Assembly: GCF_036365525.1 (NCBI RefSeq)
Contig: NC_090396.1
Coordinates: 40,908,689 to 40,972,688 of the forward strand
From: Heterodontus francisci
Taxonomy: Eukaryota
Direction: 5' to 3'
DNA length: 64,000 nucleotides
The translations under genes were made by a program, and so were the position numbers. The notes beneath the pieces are model-generated. The model saw nothing but the letters and a program-made list of their open reading frames with translations. It was not told the DNA's origin and ran no database searches. Below are positions 50,630 through 62,888 of this stretch, in pieces (the stretch's first letter is position 1; each line of letters opens with the position of its first letter).

Positions 50630-51305
50630 CGTAAATATCATAATGTTTAAATATTATTTGAGTAACCAGTAACATATAATATTAGTGAACAGTGAGGAGG
50701 TTGCAAAACACCATGGGGCTCAGGTAACTTGACCACATTCCACAGGAGCTGAGTAATCCAATCTCAAACAAAAGGCTAATTAAAATGAAAAGCAGATGCC
50801 CTTGTGGAATGCTGACAAAGGTGCTAGCCTGTAACGAGGTGAAGATAAGGGGGTATGGAAAACATCATGAGTAATCCCCTATTTGTGTATGGGCCTTCTA
50901 TGCCTAGTAACACAAACAAAAGGCTAATTAAAATGAAAAGCAGATGCTGACAAAGGTGCTAACAATTGGAATGAGGTGAAGATAAGGGGGTATGGAAAGC
51001 ATCATGAGTAATCCCCTATCTGTGTATGGGCCGGTCATGCAGCCCCTTTATGCCTAGTAACTGCTTCTATTGGCTCTAATAATCAATGTATATAATCGAT
51101 AATCGTTGTGATTGGACCATGTCCGGCTGGGATGGGCTGAGTAACTGTTTGAAAATGTATAAGTATGGATGATTTTCCTTTGTTCAGCGGAGAGGCATTT
51201 GGACAGCCCAGTGACCTGCTCCCTGCTGGCGTAACTAAATAAACTGTTTGACATTGGAGCAGACCTGAGTGTCGAGTGATTCTTCTAGATTCATTCCCGC
51301 TAACA
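50630..51305 (+). mobile_element. Probable solo LTR with internal tandem duplication
   Basis: Duplicated block (50768-50895 and 50916-51032), TATAA near 51158, AATAAA near 51238, ends CTAACA; no TSD found. Confidence 0.5.
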
Positions 51306-51365
51306 ACTTCATCAAAAGCTGGAAACACACAGGTTCCAGTTCAAAACAACCCCATATCCATTGTA

Positions 51366-51456
51366 ATAAAAACATGAAATGCTGGAACCACTCAGCAGGT
51401 CTGGCAGCATCTGTGGAAAGAGAAGCAGAGTTAACGTTTTGGGTCAGTGACCCTTC
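51366..51456 (-). mobile_element. Short Penelope-type insertion
   Basis: 10-bp TSD ATCCATTGTA; same body as 15197-15326. Confidence 0.7.
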
Positions 51457-52659
51457 ATCCATTGTATTTGAGTCCTGAAAACTTTACTTAAACATAACAC
51501 GTCACCCAAGTGAACCTGAACATGAAATTACCAGCGTGGTGCCCTGCTTTTGCAACCATTCCTATGGGATGTTCTCCCTGTGATGCATGTATCCGGGTAA
51601 ACGGCATTCCAAAATAGCTTCGACCAATACTCAGCTAAAGACATACAATGGATCCCCAATCCCATGTCTCGGATCCATTATGGTTAAGTGCTGTTATAAT
51701 GATTCCAATTGGATACCCCAACTTTTCTAAGTTGTTCAAACAAATGACTCTGCTATCACTAGACAGTGACCATGCAATGACCAAGGCTTGATTACCACGC
51801 CAAGCATTATCTCCCTCCAATTCTCAGACGGTAGCTAGAAGGAGCAAAATGAGTGCAATGCTGGCTTTGGTTCCCCTGGTTTTCCAATGATTTTTCAATT
51901 CTGCCCATATCCTAGCCAGAAGATAGAAGCTCTTTTCACCTTCTGCACATCTTGTGATTTCACGATTCTCAAGGGTGAGAACGAGGATGAGGCACAACCT
52001 GTTACATTCACCCCACATCACCTCCAGTGCGAACTGTATTCAGTGCATGAAGTTTGAGATGTTCTTCTAGAACAAGGAAGGAAATGAAAGAAATGCATGA
52101 CAATCACACTGGCAGTGAACTTCCCAAATTAGCTTTTGGTCAGCAAGTTATCATCCAAAATCCTATCACTGGTACATGGAATTCTGCAACAGTATCCAAA
52201 GACAGACCAGAACCACAATCTTATGAAGTCAGAGCAGTTCATTATCCCAAGGCCATGGAAGACTCCATTGCAATTTGAACAAGATTGAAAACTAGATCTG
52301 AAGACAGAGTCTACACATTCTTCTTCCACGAAATCTAATTCACAAACATCTGTTCCAGTATCTGAGAACTGTTAACCCTACTTTGAAAGTTAACGTTAAT
52401 TCCCTTTTGTTTTCGGAGGACCAGGGGACTGCTGGGTAAGTAAAAACTATATATTTGGGTGGTGGCTGTACCCGAGACACGACACGTGTAGTGTCTCCCA
52501 CCCACCCTCCTCCTCTAACCAAAAAAGAAAGGACTCTGGTGTGTTGATAAGGTAAGCTTTTTATTTAAAAAGTTCTGTCCGTCGGATTGCTAAGTTAACA
52601 CGTTTTGACTTTTTTTTTTGGTTTTTCAGTAGATTTGTTGGGAATTTGGAATAGTGGGA

Positions 52660-53567
52660 ATGGAGGTTAAGGCAGTTGTATGTTCCTCCTGCAGAATGTG
52701 GGAGGTAAGGGTCGCCAAGAGTGTCCCTGCTGACTGCATCTGCAGGAAGTGCACCCAACTCCAGCTCCTCGAGAACCGCGTTAGGGAACTGGAGCTGGAG
52801 CTGGATGAACTTCGGATCATTCGGGAGGCGGAGGGGGTTATTGAGAGGAGTTATGGGGAGGTAGTCACACCTCAGGTAAAAGAAGTAGGTAGATGGGTTA
52901 CCGTCAGGGGAAGGAGAGGGAACCAGCAGGCAGTGCAGGGATCCCCTGTGGCCGTTTCCCTCAACAACAGGTATACCATTTTGGATACTGTTGCGGGGGA
53001 CGACTTACCAGGGGTAAGCAATGGGGTACAGGTCTCTGGCACAGAGTCTGTCCCTGTTGCTCAGAAGGGAAGGGGGAAGAGATAGTTAGGGGAACAGATA
53101 GGAGGTTCTGTGGGAACAAGAGAGACTCACGGTTGGTGTGTTGCCTCCCAGGTGCCAGGGTTCGTGATGTCTCGGATTGTGTTTTTGGGATCCTTAAGGG
53201 GGAGGGGGAGCAGCCCCAAGTCGTGGTCCACATAGGCACCAACGACATAGGTAGGAAGAGAGATGGGGATTTAAGGCAGAAATTCAGGGAGCTAGGGTGG
53301 AAGCTTAGAGCGAGAACAAACAGAGTTGTTATCTCTGGGTTGTTGCCCGTGCCACGTGCTAGCGAAGCGAGGAATAGGGAGAGAGAGGAGTTGAACACGT
53401 GGCTGTAGGGATGGTGCAGGAGGGAGGGTTTTGGTTTCCTGGATAATTGGGGCTCTTTCTGGGGTAGCTGGGACCTCTACAAACAGGATGGTCTTCACCT
53501 GAACCAGAGGGGTACCAATATCCTGGGGGGGAGATTTGCTAGTGCTCTTCGGGGGGGTTTAAACTAA
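52660..53567 (+). pseudogene. CR1 ORF1 (zinc finger/leucine zipper plus SGNH esterase), frameshifted
   Basis: CSSC...CRKC, heptad LENRVRELELELDEL, VHIGTND, DGLHLN. Confidence 0.88.
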
Positions 53568-53679
53568 TTCAGCAGGGGAATGGGAACCTAAATTGTAGTT
53601 CCAGTGTACAGGATGTTGAGAGTAATGAGGTCAGGGATAAGGTTACAAGGATGCAAGAGGGCACTGGCAAGCAAGAACT

Positions 53680-56426
53680 TGGTTTAAAGTGTGTCTACTT
53701 CAACGCCAGGAGCATCCGGAATAAGGTGGGTGAACTTGCAGCATGGGTTGGTACCTGGGATCTCGATGTTGCGGCCATTTCGGAGACATGGGTAGAGCAG
53801 GGGCAGGAATGGATGTTGCAGGATTTAGATGTTTCAGTAAGAACAGAGAAGATGGTAAAAGAGGGGGGGGTGTGGCATTGTTAATCAAGGAGAGTATTAC
53901 AGCGACAGAAAGGACGTTTGAGGACTCGTCTACTGAGGTAGTATGGGCCGAGGTTAGAAACAGGAGAGGAGAGGTTACCCTGTTGGGAGTTTTCTATAGA
54001 CCTCCGAATAGTTCCAGAGATGTAGAGGAAAGGATAGCGAAGATGATTCTCGACAGGAGCGAGAGTAACAGGGTAGTTGTTATGGGGGACCTTAACTTTC
54101 CAAATATTGACTGGAAATACTATAGTTCGAGTACTTTAGATGGGTCAGTTTTTGTCCAGTGTGTGCAGGAGGGTTTTCTGACACAGTATGTAGACAGGCC
54201 AACCAGGGGCGATGCCACATTGGATTTGGTACTGGGTAATGAACCCAGCCAGGTGTTAGATTTAGATGTAGGTGAGCACTTTGGTGATCGTGATCACAAT
54301 TCGGTTAGGTTTACCTTAGCGATGGGCAGGGACAGGTATATACCGCAGGGCAAGAATTATAGCTGGGGGAAAGGAAGTTATGATGCGATTAGGCAAGATT
54401 TAGGATGCGTAGGATGGGGAAGGAAACTGCAGGGGATGGGCACAATTGAAATGTGGAGCTTATTCAAGGAGCAGCTACTGCGTGTCCTTGATAAGTATGT
54501 ACCTGTGAGGCAGGGAGGAAGTTGTCGAGCGAGGGAGCCGTGGTTTACTAAAGAAGTTGAAGCGCTTGTCAAGAGGAAGAAGAAGGCTTATGTTAGGATG
54601 AGACGTGAAGGCTCAGTTAGGGCGCTTGAGAGTTACAAGCTAGCCAGGAAGGATCTAAAGGGAGAGCTAAGAAGAGCAAGGAGAGGACACGAGAAGTCAT
54701 TGGCGGATAGGGTCAAGGAAAACCCTAAGGCTTTCTATAGGTATATCAGGAATAAAAGAATGACTAGAGTTAGATTAGGGCCAATCAAGGATAGTAGTGG
54801 GAAGTTGTGTGTGGAATCAGAGGAGATAGGGGAAGCGTTAAATGAATATTTTTCGTCAGTATTTACAGTAGAGAAAGAAAATGTTGTCGAGGAGAATACT
54901 GAGATTCAGACTACTAGGCTAGATGGGATTGAGGTTCACAAGGAGGAGGTGTTAGCAATTTTGGAAAGTGTGAAAATAGATAAGTCCCCTGGGCCAGATG
55001 GGATTTATCCTCGGATTCTCTGGGAAGCCAGGGAGGAGATTGCAGAGCCTTTGTCCTTGATCTTTATGTCGTCATTGTCGACAGGAATAGTGCTGGAAGA
55101 CTGGAGGATAGCAAATGTTGTCCCCTTGTTCAAGAAGGGGAGTAGAGACAGCCCTGGTAATTATCGACCTGTGAGCCTTACTTCGGTTGTGGGTAAAATG
55201 TTGGAAAAGGTTATAAGAGATAGGATTTATAATCATCTTGAAAAGATAAGTTCATTAGCGATAGTCAGCACGGTTTTGTGAAGGGTAGGTCATGCTTCAC
55301 AAACCTTATTGAGTTTTTCGAGAAGGTGACCAAACAGGTGAATGAGTGTAAAGCAGTGGATGTGGTGTATATGGATTTCAGTAAGGCGTTTGATAAGGTT
55401 CCCCACGGTAGGCTATTGCAGAAAATACGGAAGTATGGGGTTGAAGGTGATTTAGATCTTTGGATCAGAAATTGGCTAGCTGAAAGAAGACAGAGGGTGG
55501 TGGTTGATGGCAAATGTTCATCCTGGAGTTTAGTTACTAGTGGTGTACCGCAAGGATCTGTTTTGGGGCAACTGCTGTTTGTCATTTTTATAAATGACCT
55601 GGATGAGGGTGTAGAGGGGTGGGTTAGTAAATTTGCAGGTGACACGAAGGTCGGTGGAGTTGTGGATAGTGCCGAAGGATGTTGTAGGGTACAGAGGGAC
55701 ATAGATAGGCTGCAGAGCTGGGCTGAGAGATGGCAAATGGAGTTTAATGCGGAAAAGTGTGAGGTGATTCACTTTGGAAGGAGTAACAGGAATGCAGAGT
55801 ACTGGGCTAATGGGAAGATTCTTGGTAGTGTAAATGAACAGAGAGATCTTGGTGTCCAGGTGCATAAATCCCTGAAGGTTGCTACCCAGGTTAATAGGGC
55901 TGTTAAGAAGGCATATGGTGTGTTTGCTTTTATTAGTAGGGGGATCGAGTTTCGGAGCCACGAGGTCATGCTGCAGCTGTACAAAACTCTGGTGAGGCCG
56001 CACCTGGAGTATTGCGTGCAGTTCTGGTCACCGCATTATAGGAAGGATGTGGAAGCTTTGGAAAGGGTGCAGAGGAGATTTACTAGGATGTTGCCTGGTA
56101 TGGAGGGAAGGTCTTACGAGGAAAGGCTGAGGGACTTGAGGTTGTTTTCGTTGGAGAGAAGGAGGAGGAGAGGTGACTTAATGGAGACATATAAGATAAT
56201 CAGAGGATTAGATAGGGTGGATAGTGAGAGTCTTTTTCCTCGGATGGTGATGGCAAACACGAGGGGACATAGCTTTAAGTTGAGGTGTGATAGATATAGG
56301 ACAGATGTTAGAGGTAGTTTCTTTACTCAGAGAGTAGTAGGGGCGTGGAACGCCCTGCCTGCAACAGTAGTAGACTCGCCAACTTTAAGGGCATTTAAGT
56401 GGTCATTGGATAGACATATGGATTAA
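53680..56426 (+). pseudogene. CR1 ORF2 (APE endonuclease plus RT), frameshifted
   Basis: YFNARSI, GVFYRPP, MGDLNFP, YRPVSLTS, DFSKAFDKVPH, GVPQGSVLG; FADD mutated to FAGD. Confidence 0.93.
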
Positions 56427-56985
56427 AATGGAATAGTGTAGGTCAGATGGTTTCACAGGTCGGCGTAACATCGAGGGCCGAAAGGCCTGTACTGCGCTGT
56501 AATGTTCTAAAATTCTAAAATTCTAAATCTAGCAGAGTTATCAAAGCAACCTTATGTTTCTGCGATTGATGTTCTCATATATTCTTATTGTCTTTTTTGT
56601 AATATCTCCTGATACTTTTATGTACATGTATATAACATGTATATGTTAACATCTACTTGTCTTAAGGAAATGTTTAAATTCGTAAATATGTTCCTCTTCT
56701 TTTCCTTTTGGGAAAAGGTGGATGCTGTATGTGTACACCTTTAAGAGGTGTAGCTGCAAGATCATATTAGTCATATAAGAGCTATGGTGTAACACACTAT
56801 GTGATTCTGAGTGTTAGTCAGTCTTGAAGATACATCTGTACAGTAACCATTTCAATGTATTGCTGCTGTCTCAGTAATCAAGAACTCACAATATTGCATT
56901 ACTGATCCCATCTTGAGTGAGTAGTCTTTGTGTATAGTTTATACAAATACAGAGCTTCAAGGCACATACAATACCAATGAGTGAT

Positions 56986-57298
56986 TTATTTATTTATTTA
57001 GAGATACAGCGCAGAAACAGGCCCTTCGAGTCTGTGCCGACCAACAACCACCCATTTATACTAACCCTACAGTAATCCCATATTCCCTACCACCTACCTA
57101 CACTAGGGGCAATTTACAATGGCCAACTTACCTATCACCTGCAAGTCTTTGGCTGTGGGAGGAAACCGGAGCACCCGGCGAAAACCCACGCAGTCACAGG
57201 GAGAACTTTCAAACTTTGCACAGGCAGTACCCAGAATCGAGCCCGGGTTCCTGGAGCTGTGAGGCTGTGGTGCTAACCACTGCGCCACTGTGCCGCCC
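56986..57298 (-). mobile_element. HE1-type V-SINE
   Basis: Reverse complement of the HE1 copy at 35300, with (TTTA)n tail. Confidence 0.9.
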
Positions 57299-57302
57299 AC
57301 TA

Positions 57303-60300
57303 AATGCTGAATTTGGTTGTGAAAAACAACCCAAATTAGTGCCAAAGAAGTGTAAATCTTGTGAAAGATAACGAGATGGCCGCCACCACAGCAAAGCACA
57401 TTCAATTCCAGCCTTTGATGATTCATGAGGCTAACGACATTGTGGAAATGTTGAAGCAAAAATGCAAATTGGCATTTAGTAGTTTTCTGAAAGGCACCGG
57501 TGAAGAGGAAAAATTATCAGCATCCTTTTGTGAACAGGAGAGAAAAGATTAGATCTTTTCAACAGCTGGGTAATGCATGAGGACGATAGTAAACTCACAG
57601 ATAAGATTTTTGAGAAATTCAGCACACATCTTCCACCAAGGTGAAACCATCAGATCCACCATTAAGAATTTCAGAGTCTGAGACAGGAAGAAAGTGAGTC
57701 TAATGACAATGTCTTAAGATTGAGAAATGTAGCCAGCAAGTGTAAATTCAAAGACATGGATGAAAGGCTGGTAGATCAGCTCATTTGGGGCTCTGCACAC
57801 CCTGATGTACAAAAAGCTTTAATTGGAAAGGACAAGCTTACAATATTGCAGGCTGGAGAAACTGCCAGAGCACATGAAGCCACAAGCAGACAGAAGAAGA
57901 CACTGATTACCCAAACTGTTAGCCTTCAGTTAAATCAAAGGAAAGGAAACAGTTGATGCAGTGAAACAGCAACAAAGAAATGTACATCAGCGAGAAAGAA
58001 AGATGTGCAAGAGATGTGGACGACTACATGAGTTCACAGATAGAATGAAATGTTCCTCATACAGATCAAGCTGCAGAAAATGTGAAAAGCCTAATCACTG
58101 GGAAAAGATGGGCAAGACAAAGAAAGTAGATGGTAAAGGAATAATGGCAGAGCAATAGGGCAAATGAAAAATAAAAGAAACCAAAACATCCATACTCTGG
58201 AAGATGGCGAGGAGTTTGAGGATACAATAGACATAGGAACCATAGATCTACATGAAATGTCTTGATGCTCAAGTTCCCAGAGAAAATAAATATACACATC
58301 CATACGGATCAGGAAGAAGCTGAGAGCTAAGCCCACAACCGTAAATCCGAAGCTGAAGTGTGATACTGGAGCACAGAGTAACACCATCTCACTCAGAATG
58401 CACCAGAAGATCTGTTCTGAAAATTTGAAAGTGAACGATTACCCAAAAAAAGATTCTTTGAAAACATGCAACATCATGCTGGCAGCATATGGTGGAACTG
58501 AGATTCGACAGCTGGGAACAACCCAAATCAGAGGAATACACAAAGGAAAGATGTTAACTGTATGTTCTACATCACTGAAACAGGTGGTCCAGCTATCCTG
58601 GGGTTGATCAGTTGCAAAGAGCTGCAGTTGATCTCGGTAAACCATGAGATGAAGGAGGCATCAATGAAGGTTGAGCGTAGCACACCCATTGAAAAGCACT
58701 CTCCAATCAGAAGCAAGGAAGATCTGGTCCAAATGTTTTGATGAGATGGTTGGATGCTTTGAAGGTTTTGAGTATCACATCACTATTGACTCAGAGAAGA
58801 AACCAGTGATTCATCTGCTACGTAAAGTAGTAACAGAACTAAAAGGAAAGCTTGAAAGAGAACTCAAAGAGAGAGAAGAAAATAAAATGATTGCCAGACT
58901 CACAAAGTCTACAGATTGAGTAAATTCCATCATAGTGAGAGAGAAGCCAAATGGACAGTTATGAATTTGGCTGGATCAAAGAGGAATCACGACCCTACTC
59001 CAACACTGGAAGATATCACACCAGCACTGGCAGGGGCAAGTATTTTCAGCAAGTTTGATGCCAGAAATAGCTACTGGAACATGAAGCTTGATGAGGAATC
59101 TTCGCTGTTGACAACATTCAATACACCCTTTGGATGCTACAACCATCTGCTTCTACCTTTTAGCCTTAAAGTGAGCCAGGATGTGTTTCAACAGAAAATA
59201 GACGAGGCATACAGGGGATGCAAAGGAACAATCGGCATAGCTGATGATATCCAGATCTATGGTTTCAATGAGAAAGACCATAACTACCACCTGCATGAAA
59301 CCATGGAGAGAAGCACAAAAGCTGGGATCAAGCTAAATGCAGGCAAATGCATTGTAATGCCAGTTCTTCAAAATGGTGTACACACCTGATAGAGTCAAGC
59401 TGAAATCTGAAAAAGTCACAGCTACCTCTGAGATGGAAGCTCCAAGAGACAAGAAAGAGTTGAGAAGTTTTCTTGGCTTGATCCAGTACATGAGCTCTTT
59501 CATACCTCACATATCAGAGAACACAGCAAACCTATGAGAGCTGATGAGAGAAGATGTTATGGACCCAATGGCCTGAGTAACATGCGAGAAGTGTCAGTAA
59601 ACTCAAAGAAGCAATGCAAGGTCAAGTCTGTCAAACTACAACAGAGTGAAACCTGTCACTCTGCAAGTAGTCTTCTACAAAAGGACTGCAGCAGCCCTGG
59701 TACAAGAAGGAAAGCCAATATCATTCATATCCAAAGCTCTAACATCAGCTGAGACCAGATATGTCAACATAGAAAGAGAGCTTTTGTCAGTGGTGCATAG
59801 ATGTGAGAAATTCCACATATCTTTGCGGGAGAAGATTTATAGTGGAGAGTGATCATCACCCACTAGAACAGATCTACAACAAAAGTCTGGGTAGAGCACC
59901 AGTAAGGCAACAAAGGTTACTTTTGAGGCTTCAGAGTTGTGATTTCACTCAATACAAGCCAAGAAGAGAAATGTTGCTAGCGCATACCCTATCTCCTCTG
60001 TCACCACATGAGAAACATGGATAAAAAATCTAGGTATAAAGATACATCACTTGGTGAATGTGACATCACCAAAATTGAGTCAAATTAGTGGTGGGCCAGT
60101 AAACATAAAGAGTTTCAGAAACTCTCTCAACAAGTGATTCTGGGATGGCCAGAAAAGATGCAACAAACACAACCAGTAATAGAGCAGTATTGGTCAATCA
60201 GAGGTGACATCTCACTAGAAGACGGTGCTCTGCTGGCCAGATCCAGAATGATCGCATTCAAAATGATTCAGAGAGAACTTCTCCAGAAGTTACATGAAGG

Positions 60301-61885
60301 CCACATGGGAATGGAAAAGTGAAAGCTTAAAGCCAGATTAGCTCTGTAACCGATAGACATCTAAAAAGGCATTGAAAAAGTGGTATCTACATGCAATGTG
60401 TGCTAGAAGTATAGAAATACACAGCCAAAAGAGGAGATGATGGTTAGTGAGGTACCAACCAGATCATGGCATACTGTGAGAACTGACTTATTCACGCACA
60501 ACCAAGAATGGTACCTTATAGTAGCAGACTATTACTTAAAGTTTCCATTCATCAGAAAGGTAAAGGATTTGAGAGCTACAACAATCACCATTGGATCACG
60601 AGTCCTATTTGCTGAGCAGGGAATTCCAGAAAGGCTGCTATGTGATAATGGAACCCAATTCGCCTCCAGAGAGTTTAAGGAATTTGCTGAACAGTGTGGA
60701 TTCAACATCATAATCTCATCATTACCCAAGGGGACACAGTTTTACAGAAAGACACGTCCCAGACAGTCAGGAGCACCTTCATAAAATGCCGAGACAAAGG
60801 AAGACCCAAACTTTGCCTAATTGTCACTCCGGGCTACATCTCTCAAAGCCAACATGAAATTGCCTGCAGAGCTATTGAAAATACAAGACAACTCTACCAA
60901 GCAAGATACATCCTCCAAATGACCATGAGGCAGTAAAATGACAAATCACTGATGCACAGATAGAGGAAGTTAGCATGTCAACAAACATGTCAAATCATGT
61001 CACTGACCCGAAACGTTAACTCTGCTCTCTTTTCACAGATGCTGCCAGACCTGCTGAGTGGTTCCAGAATTTCTTGTTTTTATTTTAGATTTTCAGCATC
61101 CGCAGTATTTTGCTTTTATGTCAAATCATTGTCTGAGTTGTTGATAGGACAAATTGTGCATGTGCAGGATCCAATGGAGAATACCTGGGATCCAGCATAA
61201 GTTGTTGGTAATACATACATCATTGAGATCATACATCATTGAGACTGAAACCGGTAAGCAGATGAGAAGGAACAGAGTCCACATTCGGCCTATACCAGAA
61301 CTGGTAAAGCAGAGAAGCAACATCACCAAGCGACACAAAATCAGCAACATCACCAGAGAGCGGTGCAACATTAACAACACTACCAACATCAAGCACAACT
61401 TCTACAACACCAGGAGCAACACATACAACATCACCAGTACAGCGCACCAACTCATCATTGACAGGAATGATGACAACCAAATCCGTGAGATGGAGGCACA
61501 ACATCTTACCACTGGAACAATATCATGAATTATGAGTTTAATTGTACAAGTTGATTGTAACTTTTCTTTAGTTTGACCAAAAGAGATGAAAAAATAATGC
61601 TTGGAAAAGTTATGTTAATAGTAAAAAAGCATTGTCTTTTTTAAAAAGAGGGATTTTATATTATATTATCCAAAATGACTTAGGAACTACATTGTTGAAG
61701 CATATGCATGTATATATATTTCCACAATGCCACATCATTCACTACTGCACTACAACCTGTGTACTGAAACACACATTGTAATATCCTGCTTTTAATGGAG
61801 AGATGTGAGAAAATGTGATGAAAGCTCCAGCATCTGTGTTTAAAGTGTGATTATTTAAGAGGCTTTGGGAACCACAAAACATAAC
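57303..61885 (+). mobile_element. Degenerate Gypsy retrotransposon (gag-PR-RT-RNH-IN, 3' LTR; 5' LTR not seen)
   Basis: CKRCG zinc knuckle, CDTGA protease, FDARNSYW/TTFNTPFG/IADD RT, IERELL RNase H, CDNGTQF integrase, PPT near 61645. Confidence 0.9.
60999..61117 (+). mobile_element. Short Penelope-type insertion in the Gypsy integrase
   Basis: 12-bp TSD ATGTCAAATCAT; begins GTCACTGACCCGAAACGTTAAC. Confidence 0.7.
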
Positions 61886-62220
61886 ACCCTCCTTCTGTCT
61901 ACTTGAGTCTCCTGGTTCTAAACTGCAGTGTGACCAGCTCCCTAAATGTGCTATCCACGTAGTCCTCTTAACTACATAAGCATAAATGCGATGCCAAAGT
62001 CGCTAAAACTGTGCTATCCTGGTCAGTGTGCCCTTAATATTAAATTAGGGTAGTAGACCTTGGGTCAAAGTAACAGGGGTTTATTTACAGGGGTCTGATC
62101 TCTAAGGCATCTATATTAACACTGAGCAACACGAGCTTCAGACTTATGACATCACATCCTGTCATGACGCTGAAGGTCTATATACGTAATCTACCCAGTA
62201 ACAGCTTATGTACATCACCT

Positions 62221-62548
62221 GCGGGTGGCGCAGTGGTTAGCACTGCAGCCTCAGAGCTCCAGCGACCCGGGTTCGGTCCTGGGTACCGCCTGTGTGGAGT
62301 TTGCAAGTTCTTATTGTGACTGTGTGGGTTTCCACTGGGTGCTCCAGTTTTCTCCCACAGCCAAAGACTTGCAGGTTGATAGGTAAATTGGCCATTGTAA
62401 ATTGCCCCTAGTGTAGGTAGGTTGTAGGAGAATGGTGGGGATGTGGCAGGGAATATGGGATTAATGTAGGATTAGTATAAATGGGTGGTTGTTGGTCGGC
62501 ACAGACTCGGTGGGCTGAAGGGCCTGTTTCAGTGCTGTATCTGTCTCT
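62221..62548 (+). mobile_element. HE1-type V-SINE
   Basis: Same family as 35300-35648. Confidence 0.9.
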
Positions 62549-62888
62549 GACTTCTTGATCAAGTCTGTAATGCTGTGGGGTTCTCATGACCTGCCATAGC
62601 ATGTTCTTCTTTCACTGGTTTGTGGTATTGGGTCTTTCAGTTCTTCTTCTCACTTTCCTGCGGGTAAGTGGAACAACTGGATGACTCAGGTTCTCTGTTT
62701 TCACAGTCATCTGGGTGATCTTTTATTGTTTGTATCAGCAGTTCATCAGATCTCTGATAGCTGATTCTCTTGATTTATTTCTCATTTGTTTTTTCTGTGA
62801 TGTCAGAATGTTGAAGCATATGCATGTATATATATTTCCAATGATCGTCTATTTCTCCTTATCCATCCCTGGATGAGGCTTTGCAATT

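Larger units (their letters stand above)
52338..56524 (+). mobile_element. Near full-length CR1 (HER1-like) LINE
   Basis: ORF1 and ORF2 with few disablements, (TTCTAAAA)n tail, possible AAATCTA TSD. Confidence 0.93.
51480..56972 (+). mobile_element. Highly degenerate Gypsy element split by the CR1 LINE
   Basis: Integrase C-terminus ELPKLAFGQQVIIQNP..GTW..PQSYEV (52054-52278); purine tract near 56710 followed by an LTR-like stretch. Confidence 0.55.
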
